A stretch of DNA of 56,082 nt from Ktedonobacteria bacterium (GTDB lineage Bacteria > Chloroflexota > Ktedonobacteria > Ktedonobacterales > JACDGC01). The stretch covers positions 1-56,082 of the forward strand of contig DAIDHM010000072.1 in NCBI GenBank assembly GCA_027459705.1. The letters are read 5' to 3'. Made by a program: the position numbers and the translations under genes. Under the pieces are notes generated by a model. The model was not told where the DNA came from, made no database searches, and was given only the letters and a program-made list of their open reading frames with translations. Positions 46,740 to 56,005 of the stretch are shown piece by piece (position 1 is the first letter of the stretch; each line of letters starts with the position of its first letter).

Positions 46740-47193
46740 GATCATATCCGAAGTAATCTGTATTTTGCACAAGGTTGACTAGTAGTTGAAACGGAAAGGA
46801 TCGACCTTAAAAGTGGGTGGGTTGAACGGGATAAGCACGCTTCCAAGAAGGGTTCGGCACTAATCTGTTCGGTGGCTTGGGCCTGGAGCACCTGATTCAC
46901 CACAGTTTGCAGCACACTAGCCAAGGCAACTTCTTGTGTCAACTGGGATTGCAACTGCTCGGTTTCTTCGTTCAGATGAATCGTGGGCGGGCTTCTACTC
47001 CTACTTGGCGTTGTTCATTGCTACGAGCCTAGCAGTAGAGGCATCCCCATCTTGCGCAAATTACAGAACTTCTCGGACTCTATTTATGTATATTGCTATG
47101 AGAGTAAAATCAACTAGATCCGATCATAAATGTGTTGTATATTGTTCTTGGAGAAGTACTCCCAGGTTCTTTTTGTGTATTGGAGGTTGTGCC

Positions 47194-49920
47194 ATGATGA
47201 TCTCATTACAACAGCGATTGGCTACTGTCAGACAACGCATTGCTGCATTGCCCCCCCTTGAACCTACCAGGTATAGCCCGTATTTCCGAGGGGTAACGGC
47301 AATCGCTGCGGCAGCGTTTGTTTGGTATGTATTAAGATTGCTGCCCTATTATCCACTTGGGTGGCAAGCTTTACTCATGATCCTGGTGCTTGTCATCTGG
47401 TTTGTACGCCCTGTCACAGGGGAGCGCGTAGCGTTAACCGCTTTTATTTTGCCGGTGGCCTATAGCTTCCCTTACGGAGGACTGGGCTTAGCAATTGCAG
47501 TGGGAACCTTCTGGATCGCCTGGCTTCTGCCCCCATCTGGATTTCTCTGGATAGCCCTTGCCGTTCTCATTTATGCTTTTCCACCCCTTCTTCCCTTCAT
47601 TTTTGTGGTCCCACTCGCCCTGGCATTCGAAGGGCCTTCACAAGGAGGCTTCCTTGCTGGTCTTACCGCCTTTTTCCTAGAAATCTTGATGCTCATTGGT
47701 GGGCGGACTCATAGCACGATCTTAAGTGGGGGCAAATTGCTGGCACCATTGATTCATGTTCAGGCTAAGCCGATTGACTCGCTTATTGACTGGAAATGGC
47801 TACAGATCCTGGGTGATCCAAATTTGCGCGTACTTGGGTTTCTTGGCCGCATATTTATTCCATTTGTAGAAGATCCATTGTTGTTGGGACAGATTATTCT
47901 CTGGAGTGGTAGCACGGCTCTCGTCGCGATAATTCTGCGTAAGCCCTTTACAACCAGACTCCCGCGCAATGTACAGGCATTGGTGAGTGGCATGCTCTGC
48001 CTCTCGATTGGTCAGGTCACCCTAGCATCATTACTTGCCGAGAGTGGAGCGGATATCGGAACTATTGCGAGTACTGCGCTGATATCAGGGGTCATCGTCT
48101 TGATCTTCGCTCCAATTCTTGAAGTTGGAACGGTCGCACTGCATTCGCAAGGTCATTTTACATCTGCGACGGCATTGAATGCGAGTGAACAACATGCTCC
48201 CACGAGTACCAAGAGGACTGAATCAAAAGAGACTATCGCTGCACGTGAGATCCCAAATGATCAATGGAGTGATTTGGCTGGTATAGATGATATCAAGGAC
48301 GAACTCCAAGATGCCATTCACTCGCAATTCGATGAACGAACTCGCCAGATTCAAAAACGGATGGGAATACCTCCTATTCGAGGTATCCTGCTCTATGGAC
48401 CACCAGGGACAGGGAAAACCAAAATTGCTCGGGTCATCGCTCATGAAGCAAACGCGACATTCTATGCAGTGAGTGGTACGGAATTCACCAGTAAGTGGTT
48501 TGGTGAATCGGAAGCGAATTTGCGGCGCATCTTTGAAGAAGCACGTGCGCATCGCCCGGCAGTTCTGTTCTTCGATGAACTTGAGGCATTTTTACCACTT
48601 CGCAAAGACATGGCGCGATCTGACGCACCAGAGAAAGGGATTATCTCCACCTTCTTGGCCTATACTGATGGGGTCAGCGATATGGAGGGCGTCCTACTCG
48701 TCGCAGCGACGAACTACCCCAACCTCATTGATCCTGCTGCACTGCGTCCGGGACGTTTCGATAAAGTCATCTATATGAGTCCGCCGGATGCGACGCATCG
48801 AATCGCGATTTTGACACGATATCTCGCGCACCGCCCATTGGCTGAAGATGTTGATCTCGTAAAGCTCAGCGCGCGGATGGAACGCTTCACGGGCGCAGAT
48901 ATCGAACGTGTCTGTATTGAAGCATCGCGGCGTGCTTATGAACGCACCAAAGAGGGGAAATCAGAGACGTTGACCATGGAGGATCTCGAAATTGCTCTGG
49001 GGGGAACGAGACCATCGGTGACTATCCCGATGCTGCGCGAATATGAAGCATTAGCCGATCAATACGGAAGACGTTCGTCCAGGCCTGGCCATATCGATGT
49101 GATCGATCGTCCGGATTATCATTGGTATGACGTCGCAGGCCTTGATGAGGTGAAACGCGTATTACGCGAGGCAATCGAATTGCCGCTGGCGCATCCTGAG
49201 CTTTTTGCTCAGTATCGCGTGAGGCCACACAAGGGTGTTCTACTTTTTGGCCCTCCAGGCTGCGGCAAAACTTTCCTGGCCAAAGTTGTAGCAAGTGAGG
49301 CACATGCGAGCTTCTTACATGTACGTGGCCCCGAATTGTTGGAACGGTTTGTCGGAGCTTCTGAGGGGCAATTACGGAACCTGTTCATTCGGGCCCGCGA
49401 AAATGTTCCTTGCGTCCTTTTTTTTGACGAGCTCGACGCAATCGCGACTATCCGTGGTAGTAATGATAGTTCTCATACACAGATATTGACACAGTTCCTG
49501 ACGGAGATGGATGGGGTCGAGGAATTGAAAGGCGTGGTTGTCGTAGGGGCAACAAACCGGCCCGACGCCATTGATCCAGCCTTGTTACGTCCAGGCCGAT
49601 TTGATCGCATCCTGTACATTCCGCCGCCGGATCTTGCTGCGCGAGTAGCTTTGCTGAAACTTGAACTGGGCCAACGGCCTATCGCTGATGATCTTGATGT
49701 CGACGCATTAGCTGTCGAGACAGAAGGCTATTCGGCGGCAGAAGTTGCTGCCATCTGCAACGCGGCGGCTTTTCGAGCCGCGACAGATTCGCTCCTTGCG
49801 GGTGAGTCGCAACGCATCTCAATGACGATGCTCCGCGAACAAATTCAGCAAACTCCGAAATCCCTTACTGATGAGGTAATTGCACAATATCGCGAATTGC
49901 GGCAACGGATGCAGCGTTGA
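47194..49920 (+). CDS. Polytopic-membrane-anchored tandem AAA+ ATPase (CDC48/VAT-like D1+D2 modules); compositionally atypical
   Basis: N-terminal ~370 aa with about 8-10 TM helices. D1 has Walker A 'LLYGPPGTGKTKIA' and Walker B 'LFFDELEAF'. D2 has Walker A 'VLLFGPPGCGKTFLA' and Walker B 'LFFDELDAI', plus SRH 'ATNRPDAIDPALLRPGRFDR'. ATG 47194 has SD 'GGAGG' 7 nt upstream. GC is visibly lower (~50%) than in neighbouring genes. Confidence 0.85.
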   Translation: MMISLQQRLATVRQRIAALPPLEPTRYSPYFRGVTAIAAAAFVWYVLRLLPYYPLGWQALLMILVLVIWFVRPVTGERVALTAFILPVAYSFPYGGLGLAIAVGTFWIAWLLPPSGFLWIALAVLIYAFPPLLPFIFVVPLALAFEGPSQGGFLAGLTAFFLEILMLIGGRTHSTILSGGKLLAPLIHVQAKPIDSLIDWKWLQILGDPNLRVLGFLGRIFIPFVEDPLLLGQIILWSGSTALVAIILRKPFTTRLPRNVQALVSGMLCLSIGQVTLASLLAESGADIGTIASTALISGVIVLIFAPILEVGTVALHSQGHFTSATALNASEQHAPTSTKRTESKETIAAREIPNDQWSDLAGIDDIKDELQDAIHSQFDERTRQIQKRMGIPPIRGILLYGPPGTGKTKIARVIAHEANATFYAVSGTEFTSKWFGESEANLRRIFEEARAHRPAVLFFDELEAFLPLRKDMARSDAPEKGIISTFLAYTDGVSDMEGVLLVAATNYPNLIDPAALRPGRFDKVIYMSPPDATHRIAILTRYLAHRPLAEDVDLVKLSARMERFTGADIERVCIEASRRAYERTKEGKSETLTMEDLEIALGGTRPSVTIPMLREYEALADQYGRRSSRPGHIDVIDRPDYHWYDVAGLDEVKRVLREAIELPLAHPELFAQYRVRPHKGVLLFGPPGCGKTFLAKVVASEAHASFLHVRGPELLERFVGASEGQLRNLFIRARENVPCVLFFDELDAIATIRGSNDSSHTQILTQFLTEMDGVEELKGVVVVGATNRPDAIDPALLRPGRFDRILYIPPPDLAARVALLKLELGQRPIADDLDVDALAVETEGYSAAEVAAICNAAAFRAATDSLLAGESQRISMTMLREQIQQTPKSLTDEVIAQYRELRQRMQR
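49705..49771 (+). repeat. Direct repeat copy 2 (inside the AAA+ gene 3' end)
   Basis: See copy 1. Two T/G mismatches. Confidence 0.85.
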
Positions 49921-49971
49921 TGTTGGATAAGTGGGGGACGAGGATTCGAGCGGCTCATCCGTCACCTATCC

Positions 49972-50751
49972 TCACTCCCCCAGATAGGCTGCGCGAACCG
50001 CCGGACTATGCAAGAGTTCGTTTGCTGATCCCTGAATGACAATGCGGCCATTCTCGATGACGTAGCCACGGTGGGCACGTTCCAGCGCGATCTGCACATC
50101 CTGTTCAACCAGCAGGACGCTGAGCTGTTCTCGTTTTTGAATCGTATCGAGCGCGGCCAGGATGTCATCGACGACAATCGGCGCCAGACCAAGTGACAGC
50201 TCATCGATCAGCAACAGCGCTGGGCGGCCCATCAGTCCCCGCCCAATCGCGCACATCTGCTGTTCTCCACCCGACATCAACCCTGCCACTTGCTTACGGC
50301 GCTCGCGCAGTTTGGGAAATAGGGCATAGACGCGATCCAGATCTTCATGGATGCCGCGCTCTGTCCCCGCGCGACGCGTGTAGGCACCAAGCCGCAGGTT
50401 ATCTTCCACCGTCAGCCCAGCGAAGAGGCGGCGACCCTGGGGCACATGGATCAATCCCAGCGCAGCAATATGCTCCGCGCGCGCGCGGGCGATGTCCTGA
50501 CCTTCGAAGGTCACCTGACCACCCCAGGCAGGCAGCAAACCCGAGAGAGCCGTGAGCAACGTGGATTTTCCGGCACCGTTCGCGCCCACCATCGCCACCA
50601 CCTCGCCGCGCCGCACTTCCATCCCGACATCCCAGAGTACCTGAGTATCTCCATAACCGACATCCAGGTGCGCGACATACAGTAACAGGTCGCTCTCAGT
50701 CGTCGATGTGGACCCCGTGACACCCGCGCTCATGCCAACCCCTCCATCCAC
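49972..50751 (-). CDS. livF: Branched-chain amino acid ABC transporter ATP-binding protein LivF-type (second operon)
   Basis: 'GANGAGKSTLL', 'MSGGEQQM', 'LLLIDELS'. Confidence 0.9.
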   Translation of the reverse strand: MDGGVGMSAGVTGSTSTTESDLLLYVAHLDVGYGDTQVLWDVGMEVRRGEVVAMVGANGAGKSTLLTALSGLLPAWGGQVTFEGQDIARARAEHIAALGLIHVPQGRRLFAGLTVEDNLRLGAYTRRAGTERGIHEDLDRVYALFPKLRERRKQVAGLMSGGEQQMCAIGRGLMGRPALLLIDELSLGLAPIVVDDILAALDTIQKREQLSVLLVEQDVQIALERAHRGYVIENGRIVIQGSANELLHSPAVRAAYLGE

Positions 50752-51551
50752 TCGCTCGCCGGTTGTGCCGGATCTTTTTCAGCTTGTTTTTGTTTGGCAT
50801 AGCGTTCACCAAGATACGCCTCGATCACCTTGGGATCACTCAGTACGGTATCCGGTGTATCCTCGGCGATTTTGCGGCCATGATGCAGCACCAGCACGCG
50901 ATCCGAGACGCTGGCGATAGCGCGAACAATATGCTCAACCACCAATACCGTCACGCCGTCGCGGTTGATCGAGCGGATGAGTTCGATGGCATCGGTCACC
51001 TCGGCCGGTGTCAACCCCGCCATCACCTCATCCAGCAGCAAGATCCGTGGATCCATTGCCAGCGCGCGGGCTACCTCGAGTCGTTTGCGATCAGCCACGG
51101 TCAACTGATCACCCTTCAGCGTGGCTTTATGCGCCAGACCGACCCGTGCCAGCACCTCATCGGCCACATGCAGCGCCTGCGACCGACTGAGGCCACGTCG
51201 CCCAAAGAACGCCCCAACCATCACATTCTCGCGGATGTCCAACCCAGTGAAAGGTTGTGTCAACTGAAAGGTCCGGCCAATGCCCAGGTGCGCGCGGCGA
51301 TGGGGCGGGAGGGTATTGATGGCTTGTCCTTGAAAGAGCACCTTACCAGAGGTCGGCGCCGCTGAGCCACCAATTAAACTCACCATTGTGGATTTACCCG
51401 CGCCATTCGGCCCGATGACGCCCAGCACCTCGCCACGTTGCACTGCGAAACTCACGTCATCCACCGCCGGTAAGCCGCCGTAACGCTTCGTCACATGTTG
51501 CAATTCCAGAATCGTCTCAGATGCCGTTGGCGGCGATAAATTTGCGGACAC
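50730..51551 (-). CDS. livG: Branched-chain amino acid ABC transporter ATP-binding protein LivG-type (second operon)
   Basis: 'GPNGAGKSTMVSLIGG' and LivG-type features. Start proposed at GTG 51551, with 'GGAGGGGG' upstream, overlapping the livM end. Confidence 0.8.
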   Translation of the reverse strand: MSANLSPPTASETILELQHVTKRYGGLPAVDDVSFAVQRGEVLGVIGPNGAGKSTMVSLIGGSAAPTSGKVLFQGQAINTLPPHRRAHLGIGRTFQLTQPFTGLDIRENVMVGAFFGRRGLSRSQALHVADEVLARVGLAHKATLKGDQLTVADRKRLEVARALAMDPRILLLDEVMAGLTPAEVTDAIELIRSINRDGVTVLVVEHIVRAIASVSDRVLVLHHGRKIAEDTPDTVLSDPKVIEAYLGERYAKQKQAEKDPAQPASEWMEGLA

Positions 51552-52695
51552 GGCGCACCCCCTCCACGAATTGATTGGCTCGCGAGTTGCCAGAAGCACC
51601 GGCACCTCCGGCGACGGGACGCCGCGTGAATTCTTGGACAACCCTGACGAGACCTTGCGGCAACGCGATCGCGACGATAATAATCGCAACACCGAGTAAG
51701 GTATCTGACCCAAAGTGATAGCCAAATACGCTTGTCGCCTGCCCTGAGGAGAGCGCGAATTGTTGCGAGGCATATTCAAAGATGATCGCGCCGATGATTG
51801 GTCCCAGCACCGTTCCGGAACCACCCAGGAATGTCACCAACACCATCGTCACCGAGATGCTTGAGGTGAAGACCGTCGCCGGCTCGAATCCACTGGAATA
51901 ATAGGCGTAGATGCCACCCGCAATCGCCGTCGGAATCGCACTCAAAACATACGCGCCCACCTTATACCACGTCGTCGCGATCCCCAAAGTCTGGGCCGCC
52001 TGCTCATTCTCGCGTATCGCCACCAGGGCATACCCAAATTTACTGCGCGCGAGCCAGGTGGTGAGCAACAGACACACGAGCGCTAAAGCCACGAAACCAT
52101 AATAAAACGCAATGTGTAGGCTCAGCGGTGGGAAGGGTGGCGAGGCCAGGCCGCCCGAACCGGCCACGTCCCGCTGTGTGACAATCTCTTCGACGGCAAC
52201 CGAGGTGCCCAGCGTCGCGATGGCGAAATAATGCCCTTTCAAGCGCAATGTTGGCAACCCAATCAGAAATGCGAAGATCGCCGAGATCACGACGCCTGCC
52301 AGCAAACCAATGAAAAATTGTTGCGGGCGCTGCGGATCATACGGGCTGATCACCTTGGGATTAGAAAGAAACGAGACAGCAACGGCATAGGCGCCGATGC
52401 CGAAGAAGGTGACGTTCCCGAATGCCGAATAGCCCGTGAAGCCACCGATGAAGTTCCAACTTTGCGCCAGTACGATATACATCGTGATGATGGTCCAATT
52501 GCTGGTGAGGGTATCACTGCCCAGGGTTGGGATAGCGGCGATCCCGCCCAAAATCACCAGGCCACCCAGCAACGACCAGAGCCAGCCACGCCCCGCGCGG
52601 GTGGTGGTCGCATCGCCAGAGGCTGGCCCGCTGCCGGCAACCGGCGAATTTGAAGCTGTGGAAGAGGTCTCTCTCGGCATGCACATACTCCTCAA
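51517..52695 (-). CDS. livM: Branched-chain amino acid ABC transporter permease LivM-type (second operon)
   Basis: Polytopic permease with LivM-like pattern. Confidence 0.85.
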   Translation of the reverse strand: MRSMCMPRETSSTASNSPVAGSGPASGDATTTRAGRGWLWSLLGGLVILGGIAAIPTLGSDTLTSNWTIITMYIVLAQSWNFIGGFTGYSAFGNVTFFGIGAYAVAVSFLSNPKVISPYDPQRPQQFFIGLLAGVVISAIFAFLIGLPTLRLKGHYFAIATLGTSVAVEEIVTQRDVAGSGGLASPPFPPLSLHIAFYYGFVALALVCLLLTTWLARSKFGYALVAIRENEQAAQTLGIATTWYKVGAYVLSAIPTAIAGGIYAYYSSGFEPATVFTSSISVTMVLVTFLGGSGTVLGPIIGAIIFEYASQQFALSSGQATSVFGYHFGSDTLLGVAIIIVAIALPQGLVRVVQEFTRRPVAGGAGASGNSRANQFVEGVRRVRKFIAANGI

Positions 52696-52803
52696 CGCGA
52701 CACGGTGCGCTTGATCTCACTTGAGGGAGCCACGGTCGGCACCCATCGCGGCGGCTTGTCGATGCTAGTACAGAGCTGTGATAATGCGCGGTCCGGGCCA
52801 GCG

Positions 52804-53673
52804 TTATTGACTATAGAAAGCCTTGCCGAAGAGACCAGTGGGACGGACCAGCAGCACGATCACGAAGACCGCGAAGGCCACCGCATTCTCGTAGCCAACA
52901 CCAACTCTCGGCAAGACCACAGGCAGGAACGTTTCGATAAACGCGAAGACCATCCCACCTGCCACCACTGCCCAGGGTGTCCCCAGACCACCAAGCACGA
53001 CAATGGCGAAACTGCGCAGCGTAAATAACTCGCCACGGGTTGGGTAAAATGCCTGCATCTGCCCCAGCAGGGCGCCTGCCGCGCCAGCCAGTGCCGCACT
53101 GATCGCGAACGTCAGGGCATAGATCTGGCGAATGTCAATTCCCATGAGCCGCGCCGCGTCCCGGTCCATCCCGGTCGCCAGGATCGCGTTACCCAATCGC
53201 GTGCGGCTGAGGAATGCTGCCAAAGCCGCCGTCAGCACGATCGCAATCGCCGCCGAGATGAAACGGACTAGCGAGATATGTGCGCTACCCAGGTTTATCC
53301 CAGCGCCCTCGATCGTCGAGTTGATGAAGCGATTATCACTCGTAAACAAGTTCTGAAGCGTGTCGGTCAACAACAATTCCAGCCCGAAGGTCAGTAGGAA
53401 GGTCACCAGCAATGGACCACGGATGACGCGATTGATAATACCATATTGGATGATCCAGCCCAGCGCAAACAGCATTCCCATCGAGAAGAACAACGCCAGA
53501 AAGGGACTGAGATGCAGGTTGGTTGCGACCTGATAGGCGATATACGCGCCAGTGATAATGAAGACCCCATGAGCCAGGTTGATGATATTCATGATGCCCC
53601 ACACCAGCGAGAAACCCAACGCCACAGCGGCATAGAAAGACCCCAGCAAGAGCCAGTCGACAATCGGTTGCAT
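52804..53673 (-). CDS. livH: Branched-chain amino acid ABC transporter permease LivH-type (second operon)
   Basis: 'MQPIVDWLLLGSFYAAVALGFSLVWGI' is a LivH-like N-terminus. Confidence 0.85.
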   Translation of the reverse strand: MQPIVDWLLLGSFYAAVALGFSLVWGIMNIINLAHGVFIITGAYIAYQVATNLHLSPFLALFFSMGMLFALGWIIQYGIINRVIRGPLLVTFLLTFGLELLLTDTLQNLFTSDNRFINSTIEGAGINLGSAHISLVRFISAAIAIVLTAALAAFLSRTRLGNAILATGMDRDAARLMGIDIRQIYALTFAISAALAGAAGALLGQMQAFYPTRGELFTLRSFAIVVLGGLGTPWAVVAGGMVFAFIETFLPVVLPRVGVGYENAVAFAVFVIVLLVRPTGLFGKAFYSQ

Positions 53674-53829
53674 ACCTTGTGTTTCCTCCAGACAGGGAAT
53701 GTGGGGGCAGTGTGAAGAGCTACTACACCATCCTCGCCGTCATGTCAGGCGCGGCTAGGTCCACTGGTCACCCACTCAGAGATGGCGTGGGTGCCCAGCG
53801 GACCCTCTGCCTTACCGCTCGTCGCCGCC

Positions 53830-55104
53830 TCAGCGGCTGCCGAATGGCGGAGTAGGATAGGTCATGGTCGCGCTCGCGACATTGGCTGGATAGACAGTGT
53901 AGAGCTTCCCATTCTGGATCTGGAATGTGACCATGGGCTTCGTCGTATTGATGCCCGTGCTATCAAACTTGATCTCGCCAAAGAACGTCTGCACATCCAG
54001 ATTGGCGAGCGCGTCGCGGACTTTAGCGGGATCAATCGAACCAGCCGCCTGGATGGCATACTGGAACGCTAAGGCCGCGGCCGTCCCATCGGCGGATTGG
54101 TAGGCGGGCTGGTGGCCGAACATCGCCACATATTGTTGCGTATAGGCTGCCGGCGTGCCAAAGAGATCCGTTCCTGTATACTTCAGGTCAGAATCCCACT
54201 GCGAACTGCCGATGACGTCATTGGCATCCGCGCCGAGCGTCGAGATGAAATCCGGTGTGGAGGGTCCAACCGTGAAGCCCCACAGTTTAGGATTGATGCC
54301 GAGCTGTTTGGCAGTCTTGATCGTCGTTTCAGCCTCGTTCGTATGGCCCGAACCGAGGACGAAATCTGGCACATTGCCACCGGCGGCTGTCTTGACCTGA
54401 TTGAGCACGCTGGTCAGGTCAGTCGCGTTCGCGGCATACTTGATGAAAGCCACAACGGGTAGATTGATACTCTGCGCGTAGGCCTGCGCTGCTTTTGCGA
54501 CATCCTGGGAGAATGCGTCGTCGGCATAGATAATCGCGATATTCGCAGGCGGAGTCGGTTGCGCCATCGCGGCCTTCACCATGATCTTGGCATATTCGGT
54601 CGCTGGGCTGAGGACGCCAAAGATGTATTTGTACCCCTTGGAGAAAATCTGCAGACTGGCGCCGTTCGGTTCGACCATCGGGATCTGGTATTGCTCAGCG
54701 ATGGCTTCGTCTTGCAACGTCGCCGGCGTGCCATAAGGGCCGAGCAAGAAGTTGACTTTATCGGAAGTCACGAGTTGTTGGGTCAACTGCTTGCTGGTCG
54801 TCGGATCGCTCTTGTCATCATAGTACTTAATATCGACCTTATACGTCGTGTTCCCCACTTTAATGCCACCAGCGGCATTGACCTTAGCCTTCCACAACTC
54901 GTAACCCTCTTTGGTCAGGTTGCCTTCGGTCGCAGTGGATCCGGTCAGAGAGAGCGCCGAACCAAAGGTCAGCGTCTGCGTGCTCCCACTCGATCCGCTC
55001 CCGCTGGAAGAACTGCCGCCGCAAGCCGCGAGCAACAGGACAGCGATCATCGCGGCCGTAGTGAGCCAGGGAAAGAAGCGCCGTGTTGTTCGGGAAACCG
55101 TCAT
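53830..55104 (-). CDS. Branched-chain amino acid ABC transporter substrate-binding lipoprotein (second operon)
   Basis: Start at ATG 55104, with 'GAGGGGGG' upstream. Lipobox 'LLAACGG'. PBP type-I pattern. Confidence 0.85.
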   Translation of the reverse strand: MTVSRTTRRFFPWLTTAAMIAVLLLAACGGSSSSGSGSSGSTQTLTFGSALSLTGSTATEGNLTKEGYELWKAKVNAAGGIKVGNTTYKVDIKYYDDKSDPTTSKQLTQQLVTSDKVNFLLGPYGTPATLQDEAIAEQYQIPMVEPNGASLQIFSKGYKYIFGVLSPATEYAKIMVKAAMAQPTPPANIAIIYADDAFSQDVAKAAQAYAQSINLPVVAFIKYAANATDLTSVLNQVKTAAGGNVPDFVLGSGHTNEAETTIKTAKQLGINPKLWGFTVGPSTPDFISTLGADANDVIGSSQWDSDLKYTGTDLFGTPAAYTQQYVAMFGHQPAYQSADGTAAALAFQYAIQAAGSIDPAKVRDALANLDVQTFFGEIKFDSTGINTTKPMVTFQIQNGKLYTVYPANVASATMTYPTPPFGSR

Positions 55105-55417
55105 GGATAACCCCCCTCGACATTGAAGAAAAGAACGGCGATATACCTGATGGTGAGGATCCGGTCCTCGCTCGGAATCCATCAGCCGACGCCAGGAAAG
55201 GTGAAGCTCTAAATACGTCACCCCGTCCTGCATTTCGGTTTGCGTCATCGCTCTACCAAATGATACGTCAAGCTACTCTTCAAAGAATACGCACATTGTG
55301 CGGGTAATTTCACGAAGCATCTGGGCCTTGAACGGACCCAAGGGTCGTGATTATCCGATGATAACCCCGGCATGGTATGATAAGAGTCGAAACCATTGAG
55401 GAAAACCACTCTGCAAG

Positions 55418-55453
55418 CACCGGACCTTCCGGCGGCACCGGACCTTCCGGCGG
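55418..55453. repeat. Perfect tandem duplication of an 18-nt unit (CACCGGACCTTCCGGCGG x2), each containing the palindrome CCGGA...TCCGG, 48 nt upstream of the response-regulator ATG
   Basis: Read directly from the sequence. Confidence 0.7.
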
Positions 55454-55500
55454 GATGCAACACTATTCTCAGCACCGCCACAGCTAAGGGAGAGCGGCCT

Positions 55501-55986
55501 ATGGCAGACCCGCAACTTGCTGCCGCACGGACATACACCGTCCTCATCATCGATGACAATCCAAATCTGCTCCTGGTCATCGCCACCGCGTTACGTCGTC
55601 TGGGGAATTTTCAGGTCCTGACCGCGACCGATGGCGTTGCGGGTTTGCAGCTCTGCAGCCTGCACCACCCTGATTGTCTGGTGATCGATGTCCGCATGCC
55701 GGGCATCGACGGCTATCAGGTCGTGCGCACACTCCGCGGTGATCCTGCGACCGCGTCATTGCCGCTGGTCATCCTGACCGCGATGGCCCAGGATACAGAT
55801 CGGTTCATTGGCCTGGCATCGGGTGCCGATCACTATCTCTTGAAACCGATCAAACCGCTGGACCTGGTCGCCGCCATCCAGCGCGCGATCATGACCAGCG
55901 ATGCAGATCGTCTGCGCCGCCTGCGCGATCTCGCGGCGGCAAGCGATGACCAGGAGCCGCCACCAACCGGCGGCATGCCGGCGTAA
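55501..55986 (+). CDS. Single-domain (CheY-like) response regulator receiver protein
   Basis: 'VLIIDDNPN...DGVAGL...PDCLVIDVRMPGIDGY...LTAM...GADHYLLKP' are receiver-domain Asp/Lys motifs. SD 'AAGGGAGAG' precedes ATG 55501. Confidence 0.85.
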   Translation: MADPQLAAARTYTVLIIDDNPNLLLVIATALRRLGNFQVLTATDGVAGLQLCSLHHPDCLVIDVRMPGIDGYQVVRTLRGDPATASLPLVILTAMAQDTDRFIGLASGADHYLLKPIKPLDLVAAIQRAIMTSDADRLRRLRDLAAASDDQEPPPTGGMPA

Positions 55987-56005
55987 TCGACCAGAGAGGG
56001 ATGCG

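Noticed and set aside
46936-47193. In-frame 86-codon N-terminal extension of the AAA+ gene suggested by the ORF track
   Set aside because: The region is AT-rich and non-coding-like. A strong SD (GGAGG) lies 7 nt before ATG 47194, and the extension contains no hydrophobic or conserved features.
46673-49771. Possibility that the 67-bp repeat pair is a diversity-generating retroelement TR/VR pair
   Set aside because: There are only two mismatches and they are T/G on the coding strand, not adenine-specific. No reverse transcriptase gene is present. The upstream copy lies in the wrong place for a TR.
55396-55500. TTG-initiated extension of the response regulator that would translate the tandem 18-nt repeat
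   Set aside because: The receiver domain begins right after ATG 55501, which has a strong SD. TTG 55396 has no SD.
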